A stretch of DNA of 64,000 bases from Felis catus (lineage: Eukaryota): NCBI RefSeq assembly GCF_018350175.1, contig NC_058368.1:53942001-54006000 (forward strand), given 5' to 3'. The notes beneath the pieces were generated by a model. That model saw only the letters and a list, made by a program, of their open reading frames with translations. It was not told where the DNA came from and ran no database searches. This document shows positions 1 to 12,954 of the stretch, one piece after another. The position numbers and the translations under genes were made by a program. Position 1 is the first letter of the stretch. Each line of letters opens with the position of its first letter.

Positions 1-1544
1 CTGGGAAAATTTAGCTTTGGAGCACCATCTGTTCCATAGTGAAGCGCTTGTATTCAGCTTCCCAGATGGGTTGAATAAGAAAAAAAGGTTAAATGATTTA
101 ACTTGAATCCATACTGTGAGTCATCTGCCCTCAGCCCAGTCCTGACAAAGTGAGAGGTTTTCAAGGGTTTTTTCTTCTTCATTACACTAACCTGAAGATC
201 ACACAACTTTCAGCAGAGCTTTCTCTGAAATAGAAATAGAGTAGCAAATATACTCAATATTGTTGGGCAATAATTTGGATTTCAAATTTATTTCTAACAT
301 GCAGCTTTTCAAAAATTGAAAAAGTAAGTGTTTCCTTTCACAAGAAATCAAAACTTAACTTTTTCAGTATCAGTGCTTCCTAGCTGTTATTCGAATCTCT
401 TTTCTCTCCCTTCCAGCACATCTTGTAAGCTTCCCCCATATTAATCTTGTATCAACACCCCCTTTTCCGCCTCTCTCCTGAAGAGTAGGCAGTTTCTTCC
501 TACCAACAGTGTGCAGACACGAGCTTTCCAGAGAGTGCCTGAAATCCATATTCTTCAATAATTTTCTAGTTTGAAGTGTTAGTACTTCAATATAGTTGCA
601 GAGTTTGCATAGAAAAAGAGCCCTGTTATAGAGTTTGGATAGCAGCAGATGTCTATATGGATAAAAGAATGTGTTTTAATTAAATTAATTGCATTTTAAT
701 AGTATGAGAAGAGGGTCAAAGTTGATTTATTTAACCTTGACCAAGTTTCACTTGGTGTAATGTTCTAGTCCAGAGACTGTGATGAAGTTCAAAAGAAGTA
801 GAGATGATGGCTGCCCTTGAGGAGTTTGGTCTCTAGTAGGAACCATCATCAAGGTCGTCTCCATTTAGGACAGAGACAGATTATTTCATTAGTGAACTGA
901 ACTATGACAATCAATTTAACCAAAATCTGATGATGGACTGACTTTTTTTTTTTTTTTTACTGAATTGTTCTTCCTAACAATTGATCTAGTTATGCATTTC
1001 AACGTGGTCAAAAAATAGGAAGTCGCCTCGCCCTTAATGTTTTCTGCCAAGATGTCCTGTTTTCTTAGTTTACCATAAAGTTATTATTTCTATTTAATTA
1101 ATACATGGACACATCTTTATATTTTATGCTTGAAACCATAATGCTTCAATATCATTTATCTCCCTCTTAAAAATCTGAAAAAAAAAGTCTTTTAGGATTA
1201 GTTTCAGTTTGAAAAAAATAAAGTAACTTCAGCATAGAGGGCTTATAAATGCACCATAAATTAATATACATATAAAATGTAGTACTAGGCTTAGCTCATA
1301 ATTCAGTGACTGTTCATTACCTTCACAAGAAATGTGAAGTAGTATTGATCCCTCCAGCAATTCCACAGAGATAGAAAATTAATCTGAATATTTATGTCAC
1401 ACGAAAGTATTAATAATAGCAACAACAATAAAGATATTTTGAACTTCCAAATTTATTTTTGTCTGCATGAGGTTTCAGATGTAGTTATCTGTCCACTGAG
1501 CATCAATTTTAAGTATAATTAGTCGCCCCCTTTTTTTTTCCTTC

Positions 1545-1900
1545 CCAGTAAGGTTGTAATCTTCTTAGGGAAAAAATGATCTCTGTTTATTCAAGACTAT
1601 CTCTGCAGGCCCTAGACTAGTGTCTGGAATATTGTAATAATATTTTGTTGTATTGAGTTGCATTGGAGACCATCTGCCTTCCATTCTAGGAGCTCACGGA
1701 TTACAGGAGAGGCAATATTTAAAGAAATCATTTTAATCAAAGAAAATAAGGATTTTTATACCAGTATGAACAGAGTTGTGCAAACAATGCAGAGCTAGGG
1801 TTACAGAGAATTCACCAAGGAAACAGCATGCGACTTGAGTCTTGATGGATGACTGCAGCCATTCAGGTGGGCAAGGTACCCCAGGCTGAAGGAACGGACT
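1545..1900. mobile_element. Old LINE-2 fragments
   Basis: Degenerate L2 3'-end-like text (ccctagactagtgtctggaatattgtaa) followed by an antisense L2-like stretch (ctgccttccattctaggagctcac...ttgagtcttgatggatga). Boundaries approximate. Confidence 0.45.
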
Positions 1901-3129
1901 TGATTTTCAATAAATGGAAATGAAAAAGGATCTCCCTTACCTTGTTATCTTCCTCATTTGGCCAAAGAGTTGCAAAATGTTGAATACATTTCTTTCAATC
2001 ACATACAATTTAGAAAGATGCCAGCATGACCAGATGGATGGTTTTCAGATTCACACTTTGGAAACACATGGTGCTTCTCTGAGGCAATTGTGTACTGTTT
2101 CTTTTTAAATAGCAGAAAGCATATGGGAACAGGATTGGATCTGTCAGCTACTATCAAAAGATTGGTGAAGCTTCTAAGATAAATTAAATCAAAACCTATA
2201 AAGTGACAAAAATTTTTATCATATTTTGAAATTCTAAAGTTTCACATTTGTAGATACATGGACATTTAAAAGAAAAGAAAAACCCGACTTTCCATAAAAT
2301 CCACAATCCCTGCTACAGCTGCCAAATCTGAGGCAAAAAAAGAGATACAAGGTCAGTGTAATCAGAGTCTGGAAGAATTTCATTGATCAAGCATTAAGTT
2401 TTTCTACTCTTCTCTGGTTTATGAATCTCTTTTCTTAAGCAAAATATGTGTTTGTCTATTTTCCACCAATGTCTTTATTTTCTTAACACAAACATAAAAA
2501 CAAGCAGAAAACAATTACAACATCAAACGTTATATGTATGAAAACACCTGCTTTAACTTAGCTACCTTAGGAATTATGGTTGTCTATTGTTTTGTGTGAA
2601 GGTCTCTCTCTGTGTCCTGTTGTACATTTAAACAAGAGTAGATGTGAGTGAATTCACACCAATTCTAACCATAGTGCTTCCATGGAGGAGTTTTATAACC
2701 AGGTCAAATCTCCCTAATGCTAGACTTAAAATTCTACCATATTCTATGTTTTCTATGGCAATTTATCTTTCCCCAAATTATTATTATGGGATTTGGGATG
2801 ATTAAACTTCAAGGAGAATGATTTCATAGGGCTGAACCTAAGGAATTAAAGGAGCTTTAGATAGCAAACCTCTATTTTAAGGAAACATTTGTTTTCAAGG
2901 GGTAGGACTTCCTTTGCCTTTTATCCCTGCAGAGTCCTTGATCCCAGATAAAGTAAATGGTCTGCTGGTGGCTTTGAAGTCATCGGCTATCCTTCACTCA
3001 TTCAGGAATGTGCATGCTTCTTCTTGACCCCCATGTGCATAGAACTTTGCTTCTAAAATCTGTTACATGCCAATATGAATTTGTCAATTTAAATCTGGAA
3101 TGGTGATGTAAAAATAACATCGTCTGTCA

Positions 3130-3330
3130 TTCTTATTTACTCATCTATTCCATAAACACTTACTGACTTCTGGGACAGATGTTAGGTGGGCATTCAAAGG
3201 TGGATGAGGTGTATGTCATGACTTCAGAGTTAACAGGCTGTTGGGGAAATTAATATACAAATAGCTATAACACAAAGAATAAATTGGTAAGTATTATAAG
3301 AAAGGAATAAAGGAAGTGTTTTCGGAAACA
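3130..3330 (-). mobile_element. LINE-2 3' fragment
   Basis: tttactcatctattccataaacacttactgac... resembles the antisense L2 tail and the body next to it. Confidence 0.5.
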
Positions 3331-3727
3331 AAAGCAATACGTGGTCATAAATGTTTAATATTCATAGACATATTGCTGATTTTTCAGGGAATTTAGAAAA
3401 TCCTTTGACACAATCAAAATGTTTAAGTCAAAGTCAGCATATCAAATGTGCACATCTAGCATGAGATTTTATATTTCTACATGATACTAAGTCATTATCA
3501 TCATCCCAACTTATTGGCAACTCCTTTCTATGTTTTAACTACAGGCAAAACCAGAAAGTGACTACGAGACGTCATGTACTTTTTTTTATTTTTTAAAATG
3601 GGTTTGCCTGCATTTTGAATCTGATTTTTATGTATCTAAAACCCTAATAGAAACTATTTTTAAAAAATCAATATTCGATATTGATCTCAACTTTACAGAC
3701 ACAGTGTGCTCAACATATCTGGTTATT

Positions 3728-3957
3728 TGTTTTTAAGTTTATTTATTTTGAGAGAGAGAGAGAGACTACAAGCAGGGGAGGAACAGAGAGAAGGGGAGAG
3801 AGAGACAGAATCCCAAGAATCCCAATCCTAAGAGAGAGAATCCACTGCACTGTCAGTGCAGAGCCCGATGCAGGGCTCAAACTCATGAACCATGAGGTTA
3901 TGACCAGAGCCAAATTCAAGAGTCAGACATTTAAATGACTGAGCCACCTAGGCATCC
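3728..3957 (-). mobile_element. CAN-SINE (tRNA-derived carnivore SINE)
   Basis: Antisense tail (tttaagtttatttattttgagagag), GA tract, and head ending gactgagccacctaggcatcc. TSD tcaacatatctggttatt at 3710-3727 and 3958-3975. Confidence 0.95.
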
Positions 3958-6360
3958 TCAACATATCTGGTTATTAATGGTATTTGGCTATTAATGGGTA
4001 AGCTCTATTTATGTTTTCAAATTTACTATTCTAAATTGTATCAGAAACAAAAGCTCAGAACCTGGTATACTAGGAAGCTGCTTAGCTCTCACATTCATAT
4101 GACTGAAAAGTATTGAAAGCATGTTTGTTAATTTCTGTGTATTGTGGCACATTGGAATGTTTCCTAAAGCAGTACTGAGTAGGAGCAAAGAAGCAGAATT
4201 ATTGCCACAGGAATCAAGATGATAGAGAAACAGGCCTTAAGACTGGATGACAAAGTAAGTAAGGAGTGGAAGAATCAGACCTCCAGGTCGGTAGTCAGAA
4301 TGGTAAGAGGAGCAAAATCTCATTTGGTAAACAGACTGAGAAGACAGTTCAGAAAGAGAGGGTCTTGGAGTTTCTTCACATGCCGTCTGGTTAGTGTTGC
4401 TGGGGCAGACATGGTAACTTAAAAGAAGTTGCCGCTTTGGATCTATCTTCATTTAGTTTCTGAATAAATATGTTTCAGATCGTCCTGCCACCAAATATTT
4501 ATGACATCGTAGTTGTCATCACCCATGCCACTGCAGTTTCAAACTCTTCAGCGTATGTCAAGAAATAGTGAATGATCACCAAGTACTGAGCCAGGCCCAG
4601 CCAGCTGCTCGTCTCCTACCATGACTTTGCAAAGCTGTCACCCTCATTTCCCAAATTTCCAAATCAAATCAGGGTGACTAGTGACTTTGCTAAGTCAGAG
4701 GCACTTGTGAAAAAATTAAATTAGTATTAGTCAATGAAGACTGTATCTAAATTCCAACATTAAATAAAACATGGCGCACAGGAAACAATAACTTCCAGCC
4801 TATGCTTTGTTAGTAGAAAAAGGAGCATTTAAACACCAGGTTTCTAGAGGCTGTGCCAAAAAAAAAGAAAAACAAAAAACAGTTCGGCTGTGCATATTCA
4901 ATTATAATATATGCAAAATCCAATGTCATAAAGTAAACATAGGCTGATAAATAAGCTTGTTTGCCCTAAGTAGTGCTTTATTTGAGAAATAGAGGAGCTC
5001 GCATTTAATTAATTTACTTTAACATCGGTGATTTCTTTGCTAACCATTCTGTTGTTGACCGGAGTATTGTCACATTTTACAGGTTTAAGCTCCCACCCCA
5101 AAACACGACCAGGATGCCAAATCTCTTTGCCTCCAAGAATATTGGCCTCTAGGTAGACAAAAAACTAAGGATAAAATAAAGCTTTTTATTAATAGCAAAG
5201 TTAATACCGACTTCCTGAGAGAGGGTCAAATGTGTTTCTCCCTTCCTCCCACTCGAGCATCACAAAATCACTCATGAGCTTTGATGGAAAACCACCAGCT
5301 TTACTCCCTGTTGTTGAGGATTCTGTGCTGGGACAGAGCCACAGACACCCAGGAGTGGACACCAAGCAGTGGGTTGGCTATGTCTACATCTCTCTCTCAT
5401 CTACAAGTTTGTCTCCTTTTGCACTTCCAGATGGCTACAGCATCTCCAATATAATACATTACACAAAGTAGTGAGGTCAATTTGGATTTCTCTTACTGAC
5501 CTGTGACTCTCTTGAAGGCCAACTGTATTTTACTTTCTAATCCCCAAGATTCCTAGGACAGTGCCTTCCATACTATAATTAAAGAGAGGGAGTTTTTAAA
5601 TTCAAATAAATTCTATAAGCACTGTTTTAAGTAGCGGCCAACAGTAGCGTTGGAATGTCATGTGGAAGGAAAGCTGGCTCTCTCCCGTCAAGCCTCACGT
5701 GTGAACTTACTGAATTTCCCACACGCTCTCACATGCTCAGGAAGCTGACTTTGTCTCGTGGGCACAGAGCTACATTAACCTAGCCCGAGAAACCAATGAG
5801 TGAAATCAAAATGTCAGTGGATGACTTTACAGTGAGAAATGTGCACACATTCTTCTCAGCTCGCATTTCTGACTTAGAGCATCTTTCCATCAGATGTAGC
5901 CTACAGCATGATAGAAAGATACTCAAGTTGTCTTTACGAGCACAAGTGGCATTAATGGGAAGAGGCAACACATTACCATAATTTAAGTTTAAACTGCATG
6001 GTTTCCAGTAACCCAGCTAGTCTCAGGATTGTTTCCAAGGAGACAGTATCAATTATGGTTTAAAGAGAAAAGTATTTCCAAAAAAGAAATAACTTTTATA
6101 GGAATTTAGAATTTACTCATTTGGTCTCCTTTTGCATAACTTTATACTTAAATGATTAACATTTGTCTTTTCTTATTTGTTGCTTAGATGAGATTTATTT
6201 TATTGGGGAAAAGAAACAGCCTCCTAATTTTAATATAATAACCTGGAGAGTAGATAACATTTCCAACATAATAATGACATGTAGGATTTTATCTTCAGAT
6301 AAATGAGAAATTTTTAGAAAAGTTTTGAGCAGCTACATGAGAAAGCTGGACAGGGGTGGG

Positions 6361-6600
6361 GGGGCTGGTGGGCTGGGTGGTTCAAGTGGTTAAGTATCAG
6401 ACTTTGATCTCGGTTGAGGTCATGGTCTCATGATTGAGAGACCGTGTTTCACTCCACTGAGTGAGATGGAGCCCTGTGTTGAGCTCTGCGCTGGCACAGC
6501 AGAGCCTACTTGGGATTCTCCCTCTCCCTCTCTCTCTGCCCCTCTCTTTCTCTCTCTCTCTCTCTCTCAAAATAAATAAATAAACTTAAAAAAGAAAAGA
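6361..6600 (+). mobile_element. CAN-SINE, diverged, with internal insertion
   Basis: ctgggtggttcaagtggttaag head, agagcctacttgggattctc body, CT tract and aaaataaataaataaacttaaaa tail. Confidence 0.92.
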
Positions 6601-6859
6601 AAAGCTTGGGAGAAGGCTCTACCATCGTGGAATTCATTCTTGTTATGGAGTCTACTCTGCAGCTTGGATAAAAGCACTTATGGTGTCAAGACCCAAAGCA
6701 CAGAATCATTTTTAAATCTCTGCAAATTACCTATATTAAAAAATAAGTATGGGATATATACATGTATAATTTTAATCACTAAATTAATCAAGTACATGCT
6801 TAAACAATTTTCATTCAGTACCCTATACTGAACAATTATGGCTTTGGCAACAACTTTCT

Positions 6860-7089
6860 TTTATTATTATTATTATTTTAATCTTTATTTATTCTTGAGA
6901 GAGAGAGAGACAGAGAACAAGCCGGGGAAGGGCAGAGAGAGAGAGAGAGAGGGAGACGCAGAATCTGAAGCAGGCTCCAGGCTCCGCAACTGACAGCACA
7001 GAGCCTGACGCGGGGCTTGAACTCATGGGTCCTGAGATCATGACCTGAGCTGGTCAGATGCTTAACCGACTGAGCCACCCAGGTGCCCC
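6860..7089 (-). mobile_element. CAN-SINE (feline type)
   Basis: gaatctgaagcaggctccaggctc...ttaaccgactgagccacccaggtgcccc. TSD (c)aacaactttct at 6848-6859 and 7089-7100. Confidence 0.96.
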
Positions 7090-7306
7090 AACAACTTTCT
7101 AATATAGTTATTGGAAATCTTCCATGCTATTAAGACACCTTTACTACGTTGCCTGAAGAGAAGAATTTTTATCCACTGCCCCATTACCTCCTCGTATAAT
7201 AGTCATGTAAGGATTTAAGGTTAAAACTTAAGTAAAGGCCAAAAATATCTGTTCTTCACTAGTGTCCAAGACAGGCACCTCAAAAAAGTTATCTTTCTAA
7301 GATAAA

Positions 7307-7696
7307 TGTTAAGGACTGAATAGTCTCCCTCTGCCCCCAATTCATAAGGTGAAACCCAAATCCATATGTAACTCTATCGAGAGATAGGCCTTTAGGAAGT
7401 AATTTAGGTTAAAAAGAGGTCATAAGGGTGGAGCCCTAATCCAATAGGACTGGTGTCCTCATAAGAGGAAGAAACACCAGGAATGCTCAGGCACAGGAAA
7501 AAGAAAAAAAAAAAAAAAAAGGCCATGTGAGGACACAGCCGGAAGGCAAGCCAGAGAAAAGCCTCAGGAGAAACCAAACCTGCCAGTGCCTTGGTCTTAG
7601 ACTTCCAGCCTCCAGAACTGTGAGAAAATAGGTTCCTGTTGTTTAACCCACATAGGCTGTGGTATTTTATTATGGCAGCCCTCCCACACTAATACA
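7307..7696 (+). mobile_element. MaLR solo LTR (MLT1B/C-like)
   Basis: TG...CA termini. Diagnostic text gagccctaatccaataggactggtgtcctcataagagg and gacttccagcctccagaactgtgagaaaata. Flanks ataaa/ataat fit a decayed 5-bp TSD. Confidence 0.9.
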
Positions 7697-8059
7697 ATAA
7701 TGTAGCAGGCACTTTTCGAGGGGTCTGTTCAATCATGTCTCCCCCTTTGCTAAGAGTTATCCACAAATGGAGTGGATCCCTAAAACTTCATATGTAGTAG
7801 AAGACCTCAACCTCACGGCTACAGAGGCTCAGTTTTATGGAGAATCCCCAGCCAAAGTTAGGGCCAAGCATATTTTCTCTTTTGGGAAATTGAGATTGGG
7901 CATCAGAAGTGCTCATTAACTTCTATGTGTCTTTGAACTTGGGTCATATAAAGTGGTGTTTGTTGACCATGTACACAGACTATCCCACATGTCAGAGACC
8001 CCTACAACAGGACCCTCCCCCCCCCACACACACACCTTTCTAGATGCTAGATAGTGCCA

Positions 8060-8245
8060 TAAGAGTTTTACATATATTAACTCATTTAATCCTTACAACC
8101 TTCTGAGAGATAGGTTTTACAGATGAACAAACTCAGTCACAGAGAAGTTAAATAACTTGCCCAAGACTAAACAGCTGGTAAGTGGTAGAATAAGTTTCAA
8201 GTCAGGTAGCCCGACTGCAAAGTCCAAGTTCCTACCCACCATCTA
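8060..8245 (-). mobile_element. MIR SINE
   Basis: ctcatttaatccttacaac...ttttacagatgaacaaact...agagaagttaaataacttgcccaag, the antisense MIR core. Confidence 0.88.
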
Positions 8246-10617
8246 CCACTGTAGAGTGCCTCTCCCTTTAAGAAGGGAGGGAAGGGGGGAAGGGAGGAAT
8301 GTGAGGAGGGAAAGAAGACACTCAGCTTTTTCAGCCATCCCTTTACATTCACAGATTTAACAATAATAAATTCTATTTGTAAGCAATATTGAACATGGGC
8401 CATCTGCAGGGACTTAGGCCTGACCAGGGCCTAACTGAATCGCATAATGAGGCAGTGCTTGCAGTACGGCAAGCGAGTGGCATGGTGGTCCCCTTGCCTG
8501 TCTGCCTCAGAGCAGCTTCTTGGTCTTCTAGCTCTCATTACTGTAAAATCTTTTCCTTTGTGCAACGAACATCAACTCAGAGACACAATGGTGTGAATGC
8601 CGGAAAGGAGGCTGCATTTGCGATGTGAGGATAGATGTAAGAAACATGTCACTGGGAATGAAAACACAAGTCAGCAGAAATCCAGGAAGGAGTCTGCCTG
8701 AACGTTTCAGTGCTTGGGAATTTGGCAAATTGAGATTGTTTCCAGACAATATTCCTGGAATGTCCAGAGTCTTCCTAAGGTTTATCTGATTAATCAAATT
8801 AGCTTTGAATGTTTGGTATTTGGAGTTCCTTACTCCCATATGAGACTCACTGCTTCTAACTGGGAGTTTGGCAAACTTTATATATGGGAAACCCAGAGTG
8901 CTTTAAGATGTACTCATTTTTCAACTCATGTCACATTTGAAGTGTTTTACTAAAAAAGAAAAAAGTAAATGGCAGAAAATCCAGATCCAAGTATCCTTCT
9001 AAGATTAAATATGTAGAATTTAATTTTAGAGACATGATAAGATTATGTTAGGATGGATTTCTTTGTTTAGACATCATTTTATTATACTCAGTAATTTTAT
9101 GGCTTTATGTTGAGGATGTAGAGTAATGTGACAAAGGACACTTACACAATGCTTTTTAATAGCAACAAGTAATAAATCTGTAAACTAAGAAATGTCTGAC
9201 CATGAAAAATGGTAACCTTCAAACATGTACAAATATCAGCATATTGAATTTAGAAGTTTAAAAAAATAAAAATATATTGGCAGGATACATGCACTTAAAC
9301 TAAGCGTCCTTATATGTCAGGACAAAAAAAAGAGGGATCTCTCACCCACTTCTCTAAAAACATCTGAGACCATTCTCTGTCTAACACTGTGAAAATGCCA
9401 AGTAAAACCAACTCATGGGCCTCATGGTTTATCAAGAGTCTGGGTAGATGTCCATCTTCTTTATAGAGCTGGAAAGAGGTGAGCATACATAGAAAATGGA
9501 AGTGTCCTGACATGATTTGCAGAAGGAAGAAAATCAAGGTAGGCTCAGAACCCAGGAAGTACATTTAAATTTGGCATCAGCAGAGGATAGTTCTCTTTTG
9601 GGCTTTCCCATTAGAAAAAGCCTGCAGATGTCTTCAGGCTACTGGAAAAGAGCAATTTCTTGTTAGTTTCTTTGTTTATCTCTAAAGCTTTGGGATATGC
9701 AAAACCAAAATATACACTAATGGCTTCTTTTTTTCACATAGATACAAAGCTTACTTGAGTTTTTTTAGTCAGTTTAGAGGAGGAGGCCTTCCCTTATGTC
9801 TCCAAAAGTAGAGAACAATTTTGAAACTAACAATGTGAATCATGGATCATACAACTGTGAGTTTATTTAGATCTTACTTGAACCGTATTTTGTACCAGTT
9901 GACCTCTTAAAGTCTCCCCTAACCATCTGTGTTTCCTTGTGATATTACATTGTAGCTACTCTACAGAATATTTTATAAGAGACTACCCCATTGTATTTTC
10001 TCCTTGGAATTTTAATATCCCAAGGTAGAAGTTATTTGTACTAGAAAGGAATTATTTGCCTTCATATACAACATATCCATTTAAATTTTTTACCATAAGA
10101 TTCCTATCTTCTTGCTGATGCATTTCCCATAAATTGAGATTAACCCTCTTAATTTCCTAAATGGGCTAAGTCACTAATGATGATATATATTTCATAGTGT
10201 CACAGAATTGACTAGATCCAGATTGGTTTTAATTTTGCACATGCTTGTCATCCAAAAAGAGCAAGTTGAGGGAAAGAGAAAGGGAAATTATGAAAACCCA
10301 AAGCTGTTGTTAATTCCACCACATCTTAAAGTCTTCTTTCCAGACCTTACCTGGAGTTCTAAACAGCCCCCAGTTTGACACCTCACTTTCTTGAGTTACA
10401 GACAGTTGCATTCCTTAAAACCAGTGACTGTCACAATGAAAGAGAAAAGGCTCTCAAGAGGAAGTAGCTGTCAAGGATGGCTAGACTGGAAATTGTACTT
10501 ATCTTGACAGCGGTTTTGACTGTAATGGATTAACCCCCAGGATTAGCGTTTGCCTACTTTCACCTTTTCTTACTTCCCCCTCTTTATAAGCAAATGCCTG
10601 GGTCCCTGTGATGTTGT

Positions 10618-10790
10618 TCTATTGTCTGGAGACATTTTTGTTTGTCACAGCTGGGAGGGGGCTGCTGCTGGCATCTAGTGAGTGAAAGTCAGAAATGATA
10701 CTAAGCATCTTACAATGTACAGGACAGCTTCCCTGCTAAAAAAGAATTATCTGTTCCAACATGTCAGTAGTGGCAAGGTTGAGAAGCCCT
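10618..10790 (+). mobile_element. MER20-like hAT-Charlie DNA transposon relic
   Basis: tgtctggagacatttttgtttgtcacagctggg...gctggcatctagtg...aagaattatctg...ggttgagaagccctg matches the recalled MER20 consensus. Confidence 0.85.
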
Positions 10791-11057
10791 GTTTGAGTCC
10801 TACCTTACAAATGTCAGAGCATGTGTATAAATTCAGAGCAGTACTTATTTCGCCTCAATTTGTGCTTTTTTTCGTTATTGATCTCCTTTAACGTGAAATA
10901 AATGGACACTATATCCTTCTATAAAAGAAATATCTTTCTGTGCTTAAAATAATTATCTTCTTGAGAGATAAGAAATATAATTAAGCTGACTCAGGTATGA
11001 GGTCAGTGAAGGAAAATTGCTTGCCGCTGTTGGAGAGTAGTAATTTGGACCCAACTA

Positions 11058-11236
11058 AGTCATTCTCAGCCCTGGCTGCATAATTATAATCACCAGCGGA
11101 GATTTTAAGACATATTGATGTGAGGACCCCACCCCCTGGAGATGCTGGTTTATTGGTCTCAGTTTGGGTCTGGACTCATGTGGCTGGCAAAGCTCACCAG
11201 ACTGTTGTAATGCATAGCCTGCACTGAGAACCATTG
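11058..11236. mobile_element. MER5-family hAT-Charlie relic
   Basis: ttctcagccctggctgcata...aatcacc...cacccc...tgagaaccattg, with MER5-type terminal inverted repeats. Confidence 0.75.
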
Positions 11237-12954
11237 GTTCCAGCCTGTGGGGACCACCGCTATGCCCGCAGTTTCAGGAATGCATTGGAGGTCCAGATGG
11301 AATCATTTTGGCGATCAGATGGATAAATAAAATAGTTTCAGAAATTTACTCGTTCTAATACTCTTACCGGTTTTCTCTGGATGGACAGGGGTTAGAGTGA
11401 ACCTCAAGATGTCCCTAAAGTCCACCAGTACCTGCTAATAACCATCTGAAGGACCCCAGGGAGAAACTAAACTCTCTGACTTTAAAAGCAATGCCATCTA
11501 CAAGTGCTGGTGAGCACACCCTGCTAACTTTCCACATGTGTTTGTCCTTTCCTTGCATGCTCTCTATATACTACATAAAGTGGAGGGAACCAGAGCAGCT
11601 CTTGCCTATGAACTGCAATCTCAAATAATTCATTTTCAACAGTGAGGATAGGATGCTATTTAAAACCAAAATGTATTTCCAATGGAAAATGTTTCTTCTT
11701 CTCTTCCCATAATCCCCTGGAATGAAGAGGATGGCTTTTCCCTTTTGCACTGCTTCCCTCCTTCCATATGTCGCCCTCCTCTAGGCTAAGCCTTAACAGT
11801 AAACGTGGATATTTTCCCTACAAATCTGGAGGACCCCATGATGGAGTTCTTGCTGGCACTGTTGTTGAAATGTTAAGATTAGTGTGTGCAGATGTGCAGG
11901 AAGGACTGCTAGAGCAGGATTAGGTACAGCAGGGTCTGCTCAAGAGATTTAGCAATTCCTAGCGTTGCTTTCCACCAAACCTGTCTCTCAAGCGCATTGC
12001 TTTGTTACAGTGTCATATCCCTGTTCCATCCCCTTCTGAAGTGCTAGACTAGGTTCCTGCCTGAAACCGTGCCAAAGAAATTTTACTTAAGGGAAAGGAC
12101 TTAAATGAATTAATATTTGCAAAAATATTATTCCTATAATAAAGGCATGCATATATACTAAAGTTGAGTTGGTTAAACTCAAGAGCTGTGGACAAGCATT
12201 ACTGTTCCTTATCAATCTGGAAAGCATCAGAATATTCAATAATAGCTCTTTTATTTGAAGGATGATTTATCTCAAGTGCAAGGTATAACATATGCAAATG
12301 TGATATGAAACAATGTAGAAATGTTACTGACTCTTGGCAATCCCAAAGAGTGTAGTTATTCATTTAGGATGCCCTATCAAGGCTTTCATATCATTTCAGG
12401 ATATACTGAGATTGGAAAGAGTCATTAGAAGCAAACCAGTGAGAATAAGTCATTTCCCAATGGCCAGCTCTTCCCATTATATCCTCTGCTAGTTTTAAGG
12501 CAACTCTCATCAGGAACCTTAGGAGAAATGGGGTTGTGTGAAGAAATGGGATTCTGTATTAGCTGTCATCAAGCACTTTTATTCCATCCAATAACCGCGC
12601 TAGTTATACTTTATGGAAGATTGAACTAGAAGAGGTAGTCAATGCAGAGCATAGACTTGAAGTGAACAAAGGGATTTGAGAAAGCGCTAGTCTATACCTC
12701 TGACTTAGCTCTTATATATCCAAAAGAGAGTAATGATTGTCTCAGCTCATTCTCAAGATCTAGAGAATAAGGCACATACATACTCCTCCGATAACCCAGT
12801 CCTTCAATAAACATTTAAATATGATGAGTTTGGGTCCTTTTCATTTTTTATTTGCCTAATTCCTATCTCTAAACTGTGATAAATGAGAGTACTAGAAAAT
12901 CACTGTAACTGTAAGAGAATAATATGATCAATTATAAGAAAAAAATTTGGAGTC

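Noticed and set aside
504..565. Minus-strand exon-like peptide KIIEEYGFQALSGKLVSAHC after a TACTAAC branch-like motif
   Set aside because: Poor polypyrimidine tract, weak donor and no recognised homologue.
9346..11431. In-frame join VLVDFRDILRFTLTPVHPEKT-GHFHFLCMLTSFQLYKED... using alternative acceptors
   Set aside because: It needs two weak acceptors, the peptide is unrecognised, and phase compatibility has a one-in-three chance.
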